DNA of 63,341 nucleotides, filler included, from Octopus bimaculoides (lineage: Eukaryota), in assembly GCF_001194135.2 (NCBI RefSeq). It is 7 parts of 7 records of this genome, joined end to end, with 100 filler letters (N's around TTAATTAATTAA, not from the genome) between each part and the next. Parts side by side here need not be neighbours in the genome. Positions count along the whole stretch, not along the records: positions 1 to 12,503 come from NC_068983.1; 6 more parts are not named here. The stretch is one strand, 5' to 3'. Position 1 is the stretch's first letter, and every line of letters starts with the position of its first letter. The notes beneath the pieces were generated by a model. The model made no database searches. It worked only from the letters and a program-made list of their open reading frames with translations, and was not told the DNA's origin. Shown in pieces: positions 1 to 12,603 of this stretch. Made by a program: the position numbers and the translations under genes.

Positions 1-34
<34 letters not shown>

Positions 35-451
35 TATAATATATTATATATATATATGTTGAGTGCGCGTATGTTTGTGTACAGACACATAAACAAACGA
101 GTTAATAAACACTACGAGTAATATCCACGCGAGAAGGGTTACAGAGAATTAAAGAGAATATAATCAGGAGACCACTATGAGTTCAGAGCACATTACACTC
201 TTAGTAATAATACTTCGCACTTGGGAAGTAATATTATTGAGAGTGTATGAGCAAATCAGAAAAAAAAAATCGATAGAGTGTAAATAGTAGTTTAGCACAA
301 TCATATACGGGCATATGCAAACACACGCACGCATTGGGCAGTAATGTTATCACAAAAGCGTAGCAGCTTTTAAGAGTTAAACAAAGTGGCTTTATCAGTT
401 ATATTCTGTTGAGAAGAAGAAAAAAACCCAACAAATTAATTGTTCAAAAGA

Positions 452-455
452 CATA

Positions 456-487
<32 letters not shown>

Positions 488-545
488 CGTACGTACGTAT
501 GAACGTATGTACGTATGTATGTAGGTATGATGTATGTATTTATGT
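452..545. repeat. Compound tetranucleotide microsatellite grading (ACGC)n to (ACGT)n to (ATGT)n
   Basis: Read directly from the sequence. Confidence 0.9.
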
Positions 546-547
546 AA

Positions 548-672
548 TTATTTAAAACAGTTTGATTCGCCCCTGCGACGTAGGTTCCGGGGTTCAGGAG
601 ATGTGCTAGAATCTTATAACGAGCCCACGAAACTTCAAGTTACATACGACCGAATCAAACTGTTTTAAATAA
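548..672. mobile_element. Small MITE-like element with a perfect 22-bp terminal inverted repeat
   Basis: ttatttaaaacagtttgattcg (548-569) is the exact reverse complement of cgaatcaaactgttttaaataa (651-672). Confidence 0.6.
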
Positions 673-746
673 CAATAATAATAATATTATTTAATTGTGT
701 CTGGGGAGAGTTATTTTCTTTTAGTGCCTTATTACTTTAACACACT

Positions 747-903
747 TGTGGAGGCGCTGAATATCCCCGAGAACTACGTTGAGGGTACACGTGTCTGTGG
801 AGTGCTCAACCACTTGGACGTTAATTTCACGAGCAGGCTGTTCCGTTGATCGGATCAACTGGAACCCTCGACGTCGTAAGCGACAGAGTGCTAACAACAA
901 AAC
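747..903 (+). mobile_element. 5'-truncated SINE/LINE 3' end with a 10-bp target-site duplication
   Basis: TSD ttaacacact at 737-746 and 904-913. The insert matches the 3' half of the SINE at ~20950-21250. The interrupted host sequence recurs uninterrupted at ~28100-28220. Confidence 0.8.
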
Positions 904-1030
904 TTAACACACTCACCGGTTCGATTTCCACTGATTTGCTTATTGATTTTTTTTCTAAAATTTTTGTTGCATCTTGCAACCTCTTCAATAGTCGTTGACT
1001 ATCATCATCATCATTATTATTATTATTATT

Positions 1031-1068
<38 letters not shown>

Positions 1069-1585
1069 NNNNNNNNNNNNNNNNNNNNNNNNNNNNNNNN
1101 NNNNNNNNNNNNNNNNNNNNNNNNNNNNNNNNNNNNNNNNNNNNNNNNNNNNNNNNNNNNNNNNNNNNNNNNNNNNNNNNNNNNNNNNNNNNNNNNNNNN
1201 NNNNNNNNNNNNNNNNNNNNNNNNNNNNNNNNNNNNNNNNNNNNNNNNNNNNNNNNNNNNNNNNNNNNNNNNNNNNNNNNNNNNNNNNNNNNNNNNNNNN
1301 NNNNNNNNNNNNNNNNNNNNNNNNNNNNNNNNNNNNNNNNNNNNNNNNNNNNNNNNNNNNNNNNNNNNNNNNNNNNNNNNNNNNNNNNNNNNNNNNNNNN
1401 NNNNNNNNNNNNNNNNNNNNNNNNNNNNNNNNNNNNNNNNNNNNNNNNNNNNNNNNNNNNNNNNNNNNNNNNNNNNNNNNNNNNNNNNNNNNNNNNNNNN
1501 NNNNNNNNNNNNNNNNNNNNNNNNNNNNNNNNNNNNNNNNNNNNNNNNNNNNNNNNNNNNNNNNNNNNNNNNNNNNNNNNNNNNN

Positions 1586-1651
<66 letters not shown>

Positions 1652-1654
<3 letters not shown>

Positions 1655-1850
1655 CTGTTCCCCCAACATTGCTCGACAATCGATGCTGGTGTGCTTACGT
1701 CCCCGTAAATTAGCGGTTCGGCAAAAGACACCGATAGAATCAGTACAAGGCTTACAAAGAATAAGTACGGGGATCGATTTGCTCGACTAAAGGCGCTGTC
1801 CCAGCATAGCCGCTGTCAAATGACTGAAACAAGTAAAAGAATAAAGGAAA
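1652..1850 (+). mobile_element. tRNA-derived SINE (family A), 3' half
   Basis: Matches the 3' half of the copies at 14377 and 23580 (…ggttcggcaaaaga…gtcaaatgactgaaacaagtaaaag); the 5' half is probably in the gap. Confidence 0.85.
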
Positions 1851-3564
1851 GGAATATATATATATATGCATATAGACACACATGTACATACATATGCATA
1901 TATGGGACGTCACAAAATGTAAACAACATCAAATACGAAAACAACGTTGGGTACGCAGAGAACGAGAGAGACAAATGGAAAACAAGACATGTACACACAC
2001 ATGTATATATTTATGTATGTGTATATATATANNNNNNNNNNNNNNNNNNNNNNNNNNNNNNNNNNNNNNNNNNNNNNNNNNNNNNNNNNNNNNNNNNNNN
2101 NNNNNNNNNNNNNNNNNNNNNNNNNNNNNNNNNNNNNNNNNNNNNNNNNNNNNNNNNNNNNNNNNNNNNNNNNNNNNNNNNNNNNNNNNNNNNNNNNNNN
2201 NNNNNNNNNNNNNNNNNNNNNNNNNNNNNNNNNNNNNNNNNNNNNNNNNNNNNNNNNNNNNNNNNNNNNNNNNNNNNNNNNNNNNNNNNNNNNNNNNNNN
2301 NNNNNNNNNNNNNNNNNNNNNNNNNNNNNNNNNNNNNNNNNNNNNNNNNATATATATGCAGTCCATACACAAGTACGGTACGATGTACATAATTGCACAT
2401 TTGTCGCATAGAAAGTTTCATCAACTTACCTTAGAATGCATCCCTTGGTTAAGGGGGTCTCTTTTCGTTGTTTTGTTTTTTAACCACACTAAATCTGACT
2501 ATCTAGGTTAAACTTTAACAAGAAAAAAAAACGAGAAAGCCAGTCCAGACCATTGTTCAAACAAATGTTTATCATCAGCTGTTAGCAGTAGATGACAACA
2601 GCAGCAGCGCTAGCCGTCGTCTCTAGGATCTACTATCAAATCGGCGATCCTCGTCTTACGGGAAGCTTTTATATATTGCAGATCTTAGTCACTTATGTAT
2701 TTCATTGTCTTTTGAGCCAATCCCACCTACAGGCGTAAGCGATACTTTCACATACATACATACATACATACATACATACATACATACATAATACATACAT
2801 GCATACATACATACATATATACATACATACATACATACATGCAAATATATAGATATATATACACACACACATATATACAAACATGCATATATGCATACAC
2901 ATATACGTACATGCATGCATACATACATATATACATACACGTACATGCACAAATACATATATACATACATGTATACATATATACATACATACATATACAT
3001 ATACGTGCAAGTATACATACATACATACATACAGGCAAATATACATACACACATACATGCGCACACACATACATACATGCACACACACACACATACATGG
3101 ACATCACGTCTTAAGGAGCTGGCTAAGGGGAAAGACGTACTTGGTAAAGTCTCTTGAATTTTCTTTAACATCCTTCTTTGCTAACTCGTTGAAATTATTG
3201 ATGAGGAAGAGGTGGTAGAGGAGACACGGCAGCGGAAATGGTGAATACTACGATGGATAAGATGTTGGAGGGGTTAGTGGAGCAGGTGGTGGGGCAGAGA
3301 TGAACACGATATGAAGTAAAAACCTTCTTCAATAGGAACAAGAATAATATAAACAGTAAATTCCGGAGGTGTACTAGTTAGGCAAGTGATTTGATCAGAG
3401 ATCATCTGTTGAAACTAAAACAATTACAAGGACGGCACATAGTAACCATTGAAAAAGCCATACAGAGACTGTTAACTTACATGCATGCATACATACAAAC
3501 ATACGCATGTGCGTACACACATATATAAATACATACATACATACATACATACAAACATACATAC

Positions 3565-3762
3565 ATGGTGGTTGTCTACTCCTTACACAGAGTTTGACCA
3601 CCTCCTGCACCTACACCTTAGCCCTTTCATGGCGTCTGATGTGGCTTTTTAAACCAGACAATGTTTTGAAAAAAACACCCACACAGATTGCACCTCTGAT
3701 TTGTACTACCAATACCTGCAGGTAAGTTCTGCTCATTGTGGATCCTAACATGTCTTTTAAGA
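3565..3762 (-). mobile_element. RTE-clade LINE 3' fragment with (ATGT)n tail
   Basis: Minus-strand …FFKTLSGLKSHIRRHERAKV* resembles the RTE C-terminal zinc-finger-like motif; a short 3' UTR is followed by (TATG)n. Confidence 0.6.
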
Positions 3763-3792
3763 CATACATACATACATACACATACATACATA

Positions 3793-4424
3793 TGTTTCTG
3801 TGGAAGACATCATGCATGTGATTAGCAGTTGTCCTAAAACGTCGTCGCGGCGCCACCTCCCTATGTGACACGATGTTGTCGCTAAAACAATTTACAATGG
3901 CCATCCGCAAAAAAGAGTGTCCTGAAATAAGCTTAGAAAATCCCTCTGCTATGGAATACATTCATAAACACCAACTCAAGGAATACTGGTGGAATATTCT
4001 CATCAAAACTTTTGTGAAATGTAAACATAACAGACCGGATATTGTTGTTTTGGACAGAGGGGCAAAGACATGTACCATCATAGAGGTCAGCTGCCCTGCA
4101 GATATCTAAGGACAACTTCTTCGAAACCTCCAGCTTCTGAATTTAAATTCATACCAATAATAATTGGAGCACTAGATTTCTTAGTAAATGCTTAAAGGAG
4201 AATCTGGATAAACTGGGATTATCAGAAAAAGAAATCAACCGGCTAATTCGTACATTACAAGTGCAGTCTGTGAGTGGAACAGTGAAAATATGCAAGACTT
4301 TTCCCAAGTTCCAAATGTGAATTTGTCTGTATTAACTACATCCCAAAGATGGAGCTCTGTATCTTCGTTGGAAACAGGCTCCCCCCTCAGTGGAAGATTA
4401 ATAATATTTAAAGAATAGAAGAGA
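3793..4424 (+). mobile_element. R4/Dong-like non-LTR retrotransposon, 5'-truncated (CCHC plus restriction-like endonuclease)
   Basis: VEDIMHVISSCP…HDVVAK (CCHC remnant), KHNRPDIVVLD…IIEVSCP (PD-(D/E)xK RLE), FIPIIIGAL…GTVKICKTF; contains stops and frameshifts. Confidence 0.85.
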
Positions 4425-4493
4425 CATATATACATACACATATATACATATACACATGCGTACGTGTATGCATGCATACATACATACATACAT

Positions 4494-4524
<31 letters not shown>

Positions 4525-4540
4525 TACGTACATATATATA

Positions 4541-5137
4541 TGATGGCTGCAAACTCATGTTCGAGTATTGCCATCGCCTGATCGAAAGTCCCACTTATGC
4601 GAAGGTTACAACCAGCCATTTTTGTGACAGGTCTTACTTTTTTAAGCGATACCTGTGCATGATGATTTTTATTTTTTGTGGGGAAGGATTTGCACAAATC
4701 CAGCCCCACTCTCTGAACATGGACAACCTAAATTCGAAAAGAAGAACTAATCTACATCATCGAGTATTGTCTGTCTCGCAGGTTTTCTCTTATAGTTTTC
4801 CTCTCCTACAGAAATGTTGTAACAACAACAGAGGTGCCTCCCACTCCCAGTGGACCAACCGCGTGCCTGGATACCAACCCAGTTATCTCAACGTCCCCGC
4901 GTATACATACATGTATAGATACACGTGTACACATATTGTTGGATGGCCGTTGACTGCTCATGAGTTCTTCCGCCCTTGGGCAGGTCTTATTTTTTGTCCT
5001 GCAGGGTGTCCAAGAATCACCCTCCTCACCAAGCAAGCTTGATGGGGTTGCCGGTTTAGTCACCGACGACCCGATCGTGCAACAGGTTGTACTGGGTTAT
5101 GTGTTACCAGTAGCGCCCAAGAGCTACCTGACCATAA
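4541..5137 (-). mobile_element. Probable RTE 5' UTR and start of endonuclease, degenerate
   Basis: Weak similarity of NLRISGTFDQAMAILEHEF to the APE N-terminus; GC-richer UTR-like block upstream; same strand as the RTE 3' piece at 3565. Confidence 0.35.
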
Positions 5138-5504
5138 CACACACACACACACACACACACGTACACACGCACATATGCGTACGTTCATACATACATATAT
5201 ACATACATACACATATATTACATACACACATATATACATACATTCATGCGTACATACATATATACGCATATATACATACATGTATGCCTACGTGCTTACA
5301 TACATACATACATACATACATACAAATATACATACATACATACAAACATACATACATACATGTACATGCATCCATGCATACATACATACATACATACATA
5401 CATACATACAGTCATAGATACGTACAAATACGCATACATTTATTAATTGATGTCAACATTTTCGTCGCATCAACTGAGATCCGTGGTTTCACTGAATCTG
5501 GTTT

Positions 5505-6590
5505 GTGGCGAGGTTATATATACCAATCAGCGACCTAGCCATAGATCAGATGCAGTTGAACTGCATCAGTGACCAGATTGCAATTGTTGCAACAAAAATT
5601 TTGACACCAAATAATAAATGTTTAAGTGAAGTTAACGGTCTTTGTGTGTTTTTTGAATGGCTAACATGTGTTTTCCACGCCGTAAAAACAGTGAAGCAGT
5701 TAGCAGTATTGATAATTCCATCAGTGGTTACATCAAATCCAAGGGCGCGTGTCAACAAGAGGCTCCTACGAGGTCGTGCGACTTGCTGGAAATAACAGCC
5801 GAGCCACCCTGAAACCACAAGCTAAAGTAGAGATTTTTAAAGTTTTCCCATTTAACAGTAAAAGCACATCGCGGAAACTTGATTTAAAATGCTATAGGCG
5901 TATATGTGAGTAGCCAAAAATATTGAGGCTTTACACGATTTGGGTATAGATGACGTTAGCTAAAATCTCTTACTAGCAACATCTCAACAGCGTCTTCAAT
6001 TTATCCTGGAAACTCAATTTAAGTAAATTGTTTCTTGATATTTCTGTATTTCAAATATCTTATGTGTATGTACTGAGCTGAAAACAAAACAGGCAGCAAA
6101 TGTTGAGACTTTCAACAGCGGGTGGACAAAATACTGAAGACTTCTTAGCTAAGAAGAATTCTCTAAAAATTGGTGGAGATTCTTTTAGTAATGGACTAAA
6201 CAGCCTGGTTGAAATTTGAGAGGCGAAAGTGCTTATAAGCTGTCTATGAAAGCATCTTTTTCTTAACTGTAATATGAAATATGATATAAGTTTGCATTTG
6301 TTTGCACGTGTCATATCTGCATCTGTCAGCTTGAACTTGATTAAGATTTTTCGTAATCATATGTGACTAGGGTGTTGTGCGCTAATATCTGGTGTTTCTT
6401 CCTGTCAAATCCGTTTAATATGGGTTGTTAGGTTAGATAATACTGTTGTTATTGCGTGGAAAATGCTAGAATCGGCATATTATTTTGGGTGGTGAAAAGA
6501 AGAAGGGGCTCACAAAATGCCTAATCAGATTATCGGATGCTGGTTCAGTGGATATTTGTAGAATCAGGATTTAAATTTGTTGTACGCATC
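5505..6590 (+). pseudogene. TERB1: Disrupted ARM-repeat region resembling the TERB1 N-terminal domain
   Basis: Collinear blocks across frames: LNCISDQI, EVNGL…VKQLAVLIIPSVVTSN, (frameshift) ACQQ, SNILCVC (~6051), KIGG (~6170), FARVISASVSLN, ILLLLRGKC*…KKKGLTKCLIRLSDAG (~6440-6540). These parallel recalled human TERB1 blocks LECLKYQM, EIGGL…VKEAALYTLGAIAEKN, YCQQ, STLCVC, VGG, VTKTVDACIADN, IMLTLGHC…KNNGLPLMIQAL. Several stops and frameshifts, no evident introns. Confidence 0.5.
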
Positions 6591-6712
6591 AAATAGACTT
6601 GATACGAAACAGTATTTAAACATTATTGGTTTGAATAGTTGAGTATAACTATTTTGAATTTCTTGAAATTCTTGGTACTTTATGTGTCTGAATGACCAGA
6701 TCAGGAATTTAT

Positions 6713-6751
6713 TATTATTATTATTATTATTACTATTATTATTATTATTAT

Positions 6752-6804
<53 letters not shown>

Positions 6805-6808
6805 TTAC
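6713..6808. repeat. (TAT)n-(TAG)n trinucleotide microsatellite
   Basis: Read directly from the sequence. Confidence 0.95.
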
Positions 6809-7069
6809 TAAAGGAGGTGGACTCTATTCATGTTGCAATTTCAGACAGCATTGACGGTTTCAACGAATTTTCAATGAGTTTTTATTGAATTTAGTCGGAA
6901 AAGATTCCTGAAATGAATGATTCTATAAAACTTTTCTCTTTATGTATTCGTCATCAATTATTCGCAGAGTCCGGCGTAGAATTGTGGCAAAAAGATTCTT
7001 CACTTGGTTGGTTTTCCGCTTCAGCAATTAGAATTTATTGTAATTTATAAAATGCGCGCACGCACACGC

Positions 7070-7113
<44 letters not shown>

Positions 7114-8321
7114 GCATACATATATACATTCTGCTGTTTAATGAAGGTATAATCGAGGGTACCTCTTACAATATTGTAGTTGAGGCAAACTGCAGAATGG
7201 CTGCAGACTGAAAGTGTGATGAAGTTCGTAGGCAATGTGAATCTTTTTAGTTCAGTTGTGTCTGAGAATTCAGTGAGAAAATTTAAGAATGTAGTTTTCC
7301 AGTGTACCCACTCTGTAGTAGTAACTAATGGAGCGCTGAAGAAATGTGTTCACTTTTATTGTTAAATTTTTGTTTTGTAGACAAATGAATTGTTGTGACA
7401 GGGAACAGTTGCTTAGAATCAATCGTTTTATTCAGTCAAAACATTATATTTCAATATAAGAGGTAAAAATGTAAACGTCTATATTTATTGAAAAAGGTTA
7501 GCTGCTGCTTGTAATAAATAAATGATGCACCTAGCTTGGAAGTAGCAACTCATAGTCCCATGTGAAAACAAATTCTTTATTGTTTGGGAATCGAATATTG
7601 AACAAGATATGTGTGAGTTGCGTGATGATAGCTCTGGCGTCTGTTTTATGGAAAAGTGATTGGGATACGGTGTAAAGATTGATATGTGCTGAATATAAAA
7701 ATAAGATAATGTCTGAATATAATAAGGTCTTGCCGATGATATTCTCATCCAACTCCTTAATCACCTGCAGATAGACATCATCTTTGCATAGCCAAGACAC
7801 TTCATATGAAAGACATGCACATCCTTTATGTTACAAAAACATCCACAAATGGAGTCATGATGACAAAGTCATGCTCAGCTACAGAATCACATCAAAGAAA
7901 CAGTATTGCATCTGTAAACATTTACAATACATGGTTAACACCCTAAAAGTCCCTGCATATGCGTGGACTCATGACAATTTACAATCCATCATGACTACTT
8001 CCAATTCAGAACCAGAAACTACTGCAACTCTTCATAACAATGTTACTACATACACTCAAACATCATGATCCGGTTCTTAATAACGATAAACATATAATTA
8101 AATAAATGAATAAATAAGTAAATAAATAAATAAACGAGAGGCCTCTAACAGAGTCATGGGTTGGTTTATCGAGAACAAACTGCTGTTGTACTTTATAAAA
8201 AGATAAACTATGATAAAAGATTAACTATAAAAATATAACTTACAGCTTGCATGATGATGATAAATAGTTATAGTGTAGAGAGGCGGCAATAGTTATCTAT
8301 ATATTTATTCACACATGACAA

Positions 8322-8359
<38 letters not shown>

Positions 8360-8897
8360 ACACACACACACACACACACACGAACGCGCATACACACGTC
8401 AGTCTGTGTGTGTCCTGGCTAATGTATTTTAAAATGTATCTTCGTCATTCCCAGTGCCTTCATGGCAAAAAGATAGATAAATAGTTAATCATTACATAGT
8501 ATGAGAATGGATGAAAAAATAAATAAAGCATGCAATAGTTTCTGTCATTTATAGTTTTATCATAATTACTTTAAACAATATCACATATATGTTTTAATTA
8601 TAATTTGCGTCAATCACATAAAAAAAATAATAATTTATGACTGAAATGATATATAACTGAACTGGCCATTATCATGTGCATCGATGAGATCGACTTATTG
8701 GACAAGTTATAACAGCAGAATATATATTATTTCAAACAGAAACAAGTCAAAACAGTACAAACAGTGCTTATCCTACTACAGATACATTTCAAGTGAATTT
8801 CTGCTCACAAAACTAATATGAACATATATAACAGAGGTATGTATATATAACGGCCAACAAGAGGCTGAGAACATAGTAACGAGGCTGTTCACTGACT

Positions 8898-9310
8898 CTA
8901 ATATCTTCTTACTGGGTGTTATAATGGCGTTATGTCCGTCTGTCTGTCTGTACTCTCTTCACGGTCAAACGGCTGAACCAATGGTCACGATGTTTTTCGG
9001 GATTACAAAGGAGGTAATCAGGAAGGTTTTTAGCGAAAAAAAATGTGAAAAAGCATGATTATTTAGTGGATATTGAGGGTAATTGCTCAGTTTACGGGCA
9101 TAAAAATGTAAATAAAAATTAAGGGAGAGATAACAAATAAAAGAAGCGAAGGGAAGTAAGTCAACTTCTTAGTATAATGGACGTTTTGTCCGTCTGTCTG
9201 TTTTCGTTTCACGGTCAAACGGCTGTACCAATGGTCACGATGTTTTCGGGATTACAAAAGAGGTAATCAGGAAAAAATGTGAAAAAGTATGATTATTTAG
9301 TGGATATTGA
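8898..9310 (+). mobile_element. Two tandem Helitron/Helentron-associated (DINE/HINE-like) relics
   Basis: Duplicated block tgtccgtctgtctg…cacggtcaaacggctg…gggattacaaa…gaggtaatcagg at ~8935 and ~9187; GTCCGTCTGTCTG…AAACGGCTG resembles the DINE-1-like core. Confidence 0.55.
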
Positions 9311-9821
9311 GTTTTGCATTAATAAATCACTTTAACTTTTTCTTGTTAAAGTTCCGGCGATGAGGATTAACTCTGGATTCCTCCTCCACCTCCACGTATG
9401 GTTCGTGAATTTAGAGAGTTTAGATTTGCAATACTATCCCTTTATTTCCCATCGTAAATGGGCAGATTCCTAAAGATCCCGCTCGCGCATTCACAGCAAA
9501 CAAGGCACAGGACTAGACTTAAGATCGTGTAGGTGTATTTTTACCCACTCTGATGTTTACATTCTATTCGTGTATCAGCTAAATTTATTTATTTATTGTA
9601 TATCCTTTAGCCTCTAACAATTATCGATACTCCACAACGCTGAGGTGAGGCCGGCAATGGGTATTGCTTACTCACATGGGATGATGCGGCGGCTGCACAA
9701 ATAGAAATTCAAAATTACATCCAGAAATGAGCACTCGTCTGACTATGCATTTATATAAACATATGTATACACACAGACACACACTCTCTTTCACCGCCCC
9801 GCCCCTCCAATATATGGATGG

Positions 9822-9853
<32 letters not shown>

Positions 9854-10302
9854 CTATTTCAATTACATACACCGAATTTATATTCAGCTCGGCGGCTATT
9901 CACAGTATCAGTAACTATATTAATTAGCGTTTCCTATATGTCAGAAGATACCGATTTCGTCTAAACAAACTAACCAATCATTAATCTACTTGTAAAATAA
10001 GAGCAGTTTACACCATTGTTGCTGACGCCATGTTAAATGACAATTTCCAAAATAAGCATAAAGTGGAAACCGACCTTTATTGTGCGCTTTCAACATGCAA
10101 AAAGTTTTTCAAGAATTTCACGAATTAGTTAAAACCATACCCATTCCTTAGCTACTTTTAGTTTATATTTGTTTCCTCAAAAATATTTGTTATTCATTTG
10201 AATATAACGTTAGCGTATCTAAAATGAGCTTATTTGTTGTAATGCAAGCAACTTGACTGTTGTCAATTTGAGCCACTTTTCGTTTGTAACATAAATAACA
10301 GA

Positions 10303-10515
10303 GCGGCGAACAGGCACAATCGTTAGCACGCCAAGTAAAATACTTAACGGCATTCTGTCCGTCTTTGCGTTCTGAGTTCAAATTCTGCCGGAGTCGACTT
10401 TGCCTTTCATCTTTCCAGAGTCAATAAAGTAAGTACCAGTTGAACGGTCGATGTAATCGACTTACCCCTACCGCTAAATTGCTGGCCATGTACCAAAATT
10501 TGAAACCAATATAAA
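10303..10515 (+). mobile_element. tRNA-derived SINE (family B, Meta/MESC-like core)
   Basis: ctgagttcaaattc B-box and core gtcgactttgcctttcatc…aagtaccagtt…tcgatgtaatcgac; same family as 19639. Confidence 0.8.
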
Positions 10516-11128
10516 TAACATACAAAAATTTTTCATATTTTCCACTAAAGACTACATCTTAGTTTTATATAAGCAATCAAATTTTATTTTTCAGTCTAAA
10601 TCCGACTAATAGACAAGTGGATTTGTGTATATATAGAGAATGTAAAGTACGGTTGACTGCCTGAGTAATTTTTAAAAATACATATAATGTTAAATATGCT
10701 TATAAAATGGAGTTTATATATATATGTCTATGTATGTAACTGAAACACAGTTTGACGCTCCTCTCGTTAACTGTCACATTCTTTAAAGTAATTATTACAT
10801 TATACTGTTTTTCTTTTCGCAAATTTGTGTGTACGTGTGTGTATTAATGTGTGTTAGTGCCTGTGTGTATATATACTTCGTAAAAACTGGCATGCGTATC
10901 TTTATCATAATGGAGTTTATGTAAGTACATCTATATATGTCACTGAAACACTGCCAGTACTTCCTCTCTTCACCTATCACACTCTCCCAAAGTAGCTATT
11001 ACCTCACACCCTCTCTTACATCGACATTTTCATTAAAATAATGAAACAGAAGCACCTCATACCTTACACCGCCTCATACACCTCTGTGAAAGAAAGAAAG
11101 GAAGAAAGAAAGAGTTGTTTTCTAACAG

Positions 11129-11202
11129 TGCATAAGAGAGTATCATCGGGTTTGTCTGCTGTATCGCTGCCAACATTTTCCCTTGTGCAAAGTGACGTCA
11201 AT
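11129..11202 (+). other. Candidate 74-nt internal exon, possibly of the TERB1-like transcript
   Basis: Acceptor ttgttttctaacag| and donor aat|gtaagt. One open frame (HKRVSSGLSAVSLPTFSLVQSDVN) ends in phase 0, compatible with the phase-0 Myb exon. Confidence 0.3.
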
Positions 11203-11331
11203 GTAAGTCGGCCACTCTTGATGTTTAACATGAAACTTGTATTTGGTCGTTCAACTTCCAAGAAAAAGTAACCAAATACATCCTCAGATCACACATTGGC
11301 GTCTTGAGTAAAGAATATATTGGACAATATA

Positions 11332-12221
11332 CGAGGTAGTATCAAAAAGTTTCCGAACTGATTCTATAGCGCGCCAACAGATGGTAGCACACGCTGCATG
11401 TGCAGTGAGAGCGAGCAGTAACCTTCATGAGGTAGTGTGCCGAGTGGAATCGCTGTGTTTACTTAACAAGTTGTGAAATTTATGCTTTTGTGATTATATG
11501 TATGCTGTAGTCTGCGATTTTTGCCATGAGCAGAAAGCTGGAACAAAGAACCAACGTGAAATTGTGCGTTAAAATTTGGAAGTCTGCTACACAGACATTG
11601 AGCATACTTCGGCAAGCTTACAGCAACGAGGCAATGGGTCGTACGCAATGTTTCGAGTGACACAGGTGCACGACAGAGCCGCAGCTCAATCAAAAGCATG
11701 CTCGTCGTTTTATTTTTTGACATCCGCGGTATTGTGCATCGAGAATTCGTCCCCAGGGTCAGATGGCCAATCGAGAATTCTACTGCAACGTTTTGAAATG
11801 TTTAATGGAGGGCATTTGGCGAAAGCGACCGGATCTGCGGAGCGTGGAGAATTAGAGTCTTCGCGACGACAATGCACCCTGTCACCAAGCTCTCGTTACT
11901 CGTGAGTTTCTCGCTAAAAAAACAACATGGTATCGCTTCCGCACCCACCCTATTTGCCAGATTTAGCACCTGCGGACTTCCATCTCTTCCTTCAAAGGTC
12001 GCCGTTTTAACACCGTTGCTAAGTCAAGAGCGAATCGCAGAAGGTCCTCGACTCGCTTACGGAAAACACTTCCAGGTCGAATTCCAAAAGTGACAGGAAG
12101 GCTGGGACCGGTGTAGTGCTGCGCAGGGTGACTATTTCGTAGGAGATGCTGTTAAAACTTAGGTAAAAAAAATTTTTTTAACTAAACATAACTAGTCCGG
12201 GAACTTTTTGATACCACCTCG
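11332..12221 (+). mobile_element. Internally deleted mariner (DD34D-type) element
   Basis: TIRs cgaggtagtatcaaaaagtttccgaact / agtccgggaactttttgataccacctcg with TA TSDs. Remnants EQRTNVKLCVK…, MLVVFFDIRGIVHREFVP, DDNAPCH, HPPYLPDLAPADF. Confidence 0.95.
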
Positions 12222-12503
12222 TAATTCCTGATACACTAAAAGACGTGGTCAATCTGGTTCATCGTGAGTCTGATCGGCCAGAGCTGAGTTGAGGCTAAAC
12301 AACTAAGTTTACTTCGAACCAATGAGTGAAGGCCTCTGCGGAGTCGCTCGACTTATTATTTATTAGCAGCCAGATCATATCCTACCGTCTATAATCAAGG
12401 ACACTTTGGACAACGTAGTCCTACACTCAGACACAAGCACACACACACATACACACACACACACACACGTACACACACACACACACACGCACACACACAC
12501 ACA

Positions 12504-12603
12504 NNNNNNNNNNNNNNNNNNNNNNNNNNNNNNNNNNNNNNNNNNNNTTAATTAATTAANNNNNNNNNNNNNNNNNNNNNNNNNNNNNNNNNNNNNNNNN
12601 NNN
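12504..12603. other. Assembly linker gap (N44-TTAATTAATTAA-N44); the same linker occurs at 29067, 34596, 47830, 50520 and 61081
   Basis: Identical 12-mer carrying stops in all six frames, centred in ~100-nt gaps. Confidence 0.95.

Larger units (their letters stand above)
2748..5445. repeat. Degenerate (TACA/CATA)n microsatellite field interrupted by several retroelement fragments
   Basis: Repeat blocks at about 2748-3105, 3480-3565, 3763-3792, 4425-4540 and 5140-5445. Confidence 0.9.

Noticed and set aside
3107-3270. Possible minus-strand last exon (…NELAKKDVKENSRDFTKYVFPL…)
   Set aside because: Weak acceptor, no homology recognised, and it is embedded in a retroelement-filled microsatellite field.
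5549-5605. Hairpin gatgcagtt-g-aactgcatc and nearby short palindromes
   Set aside because: Too short for a pre-miRNA and lies within the ARM-like remnant.
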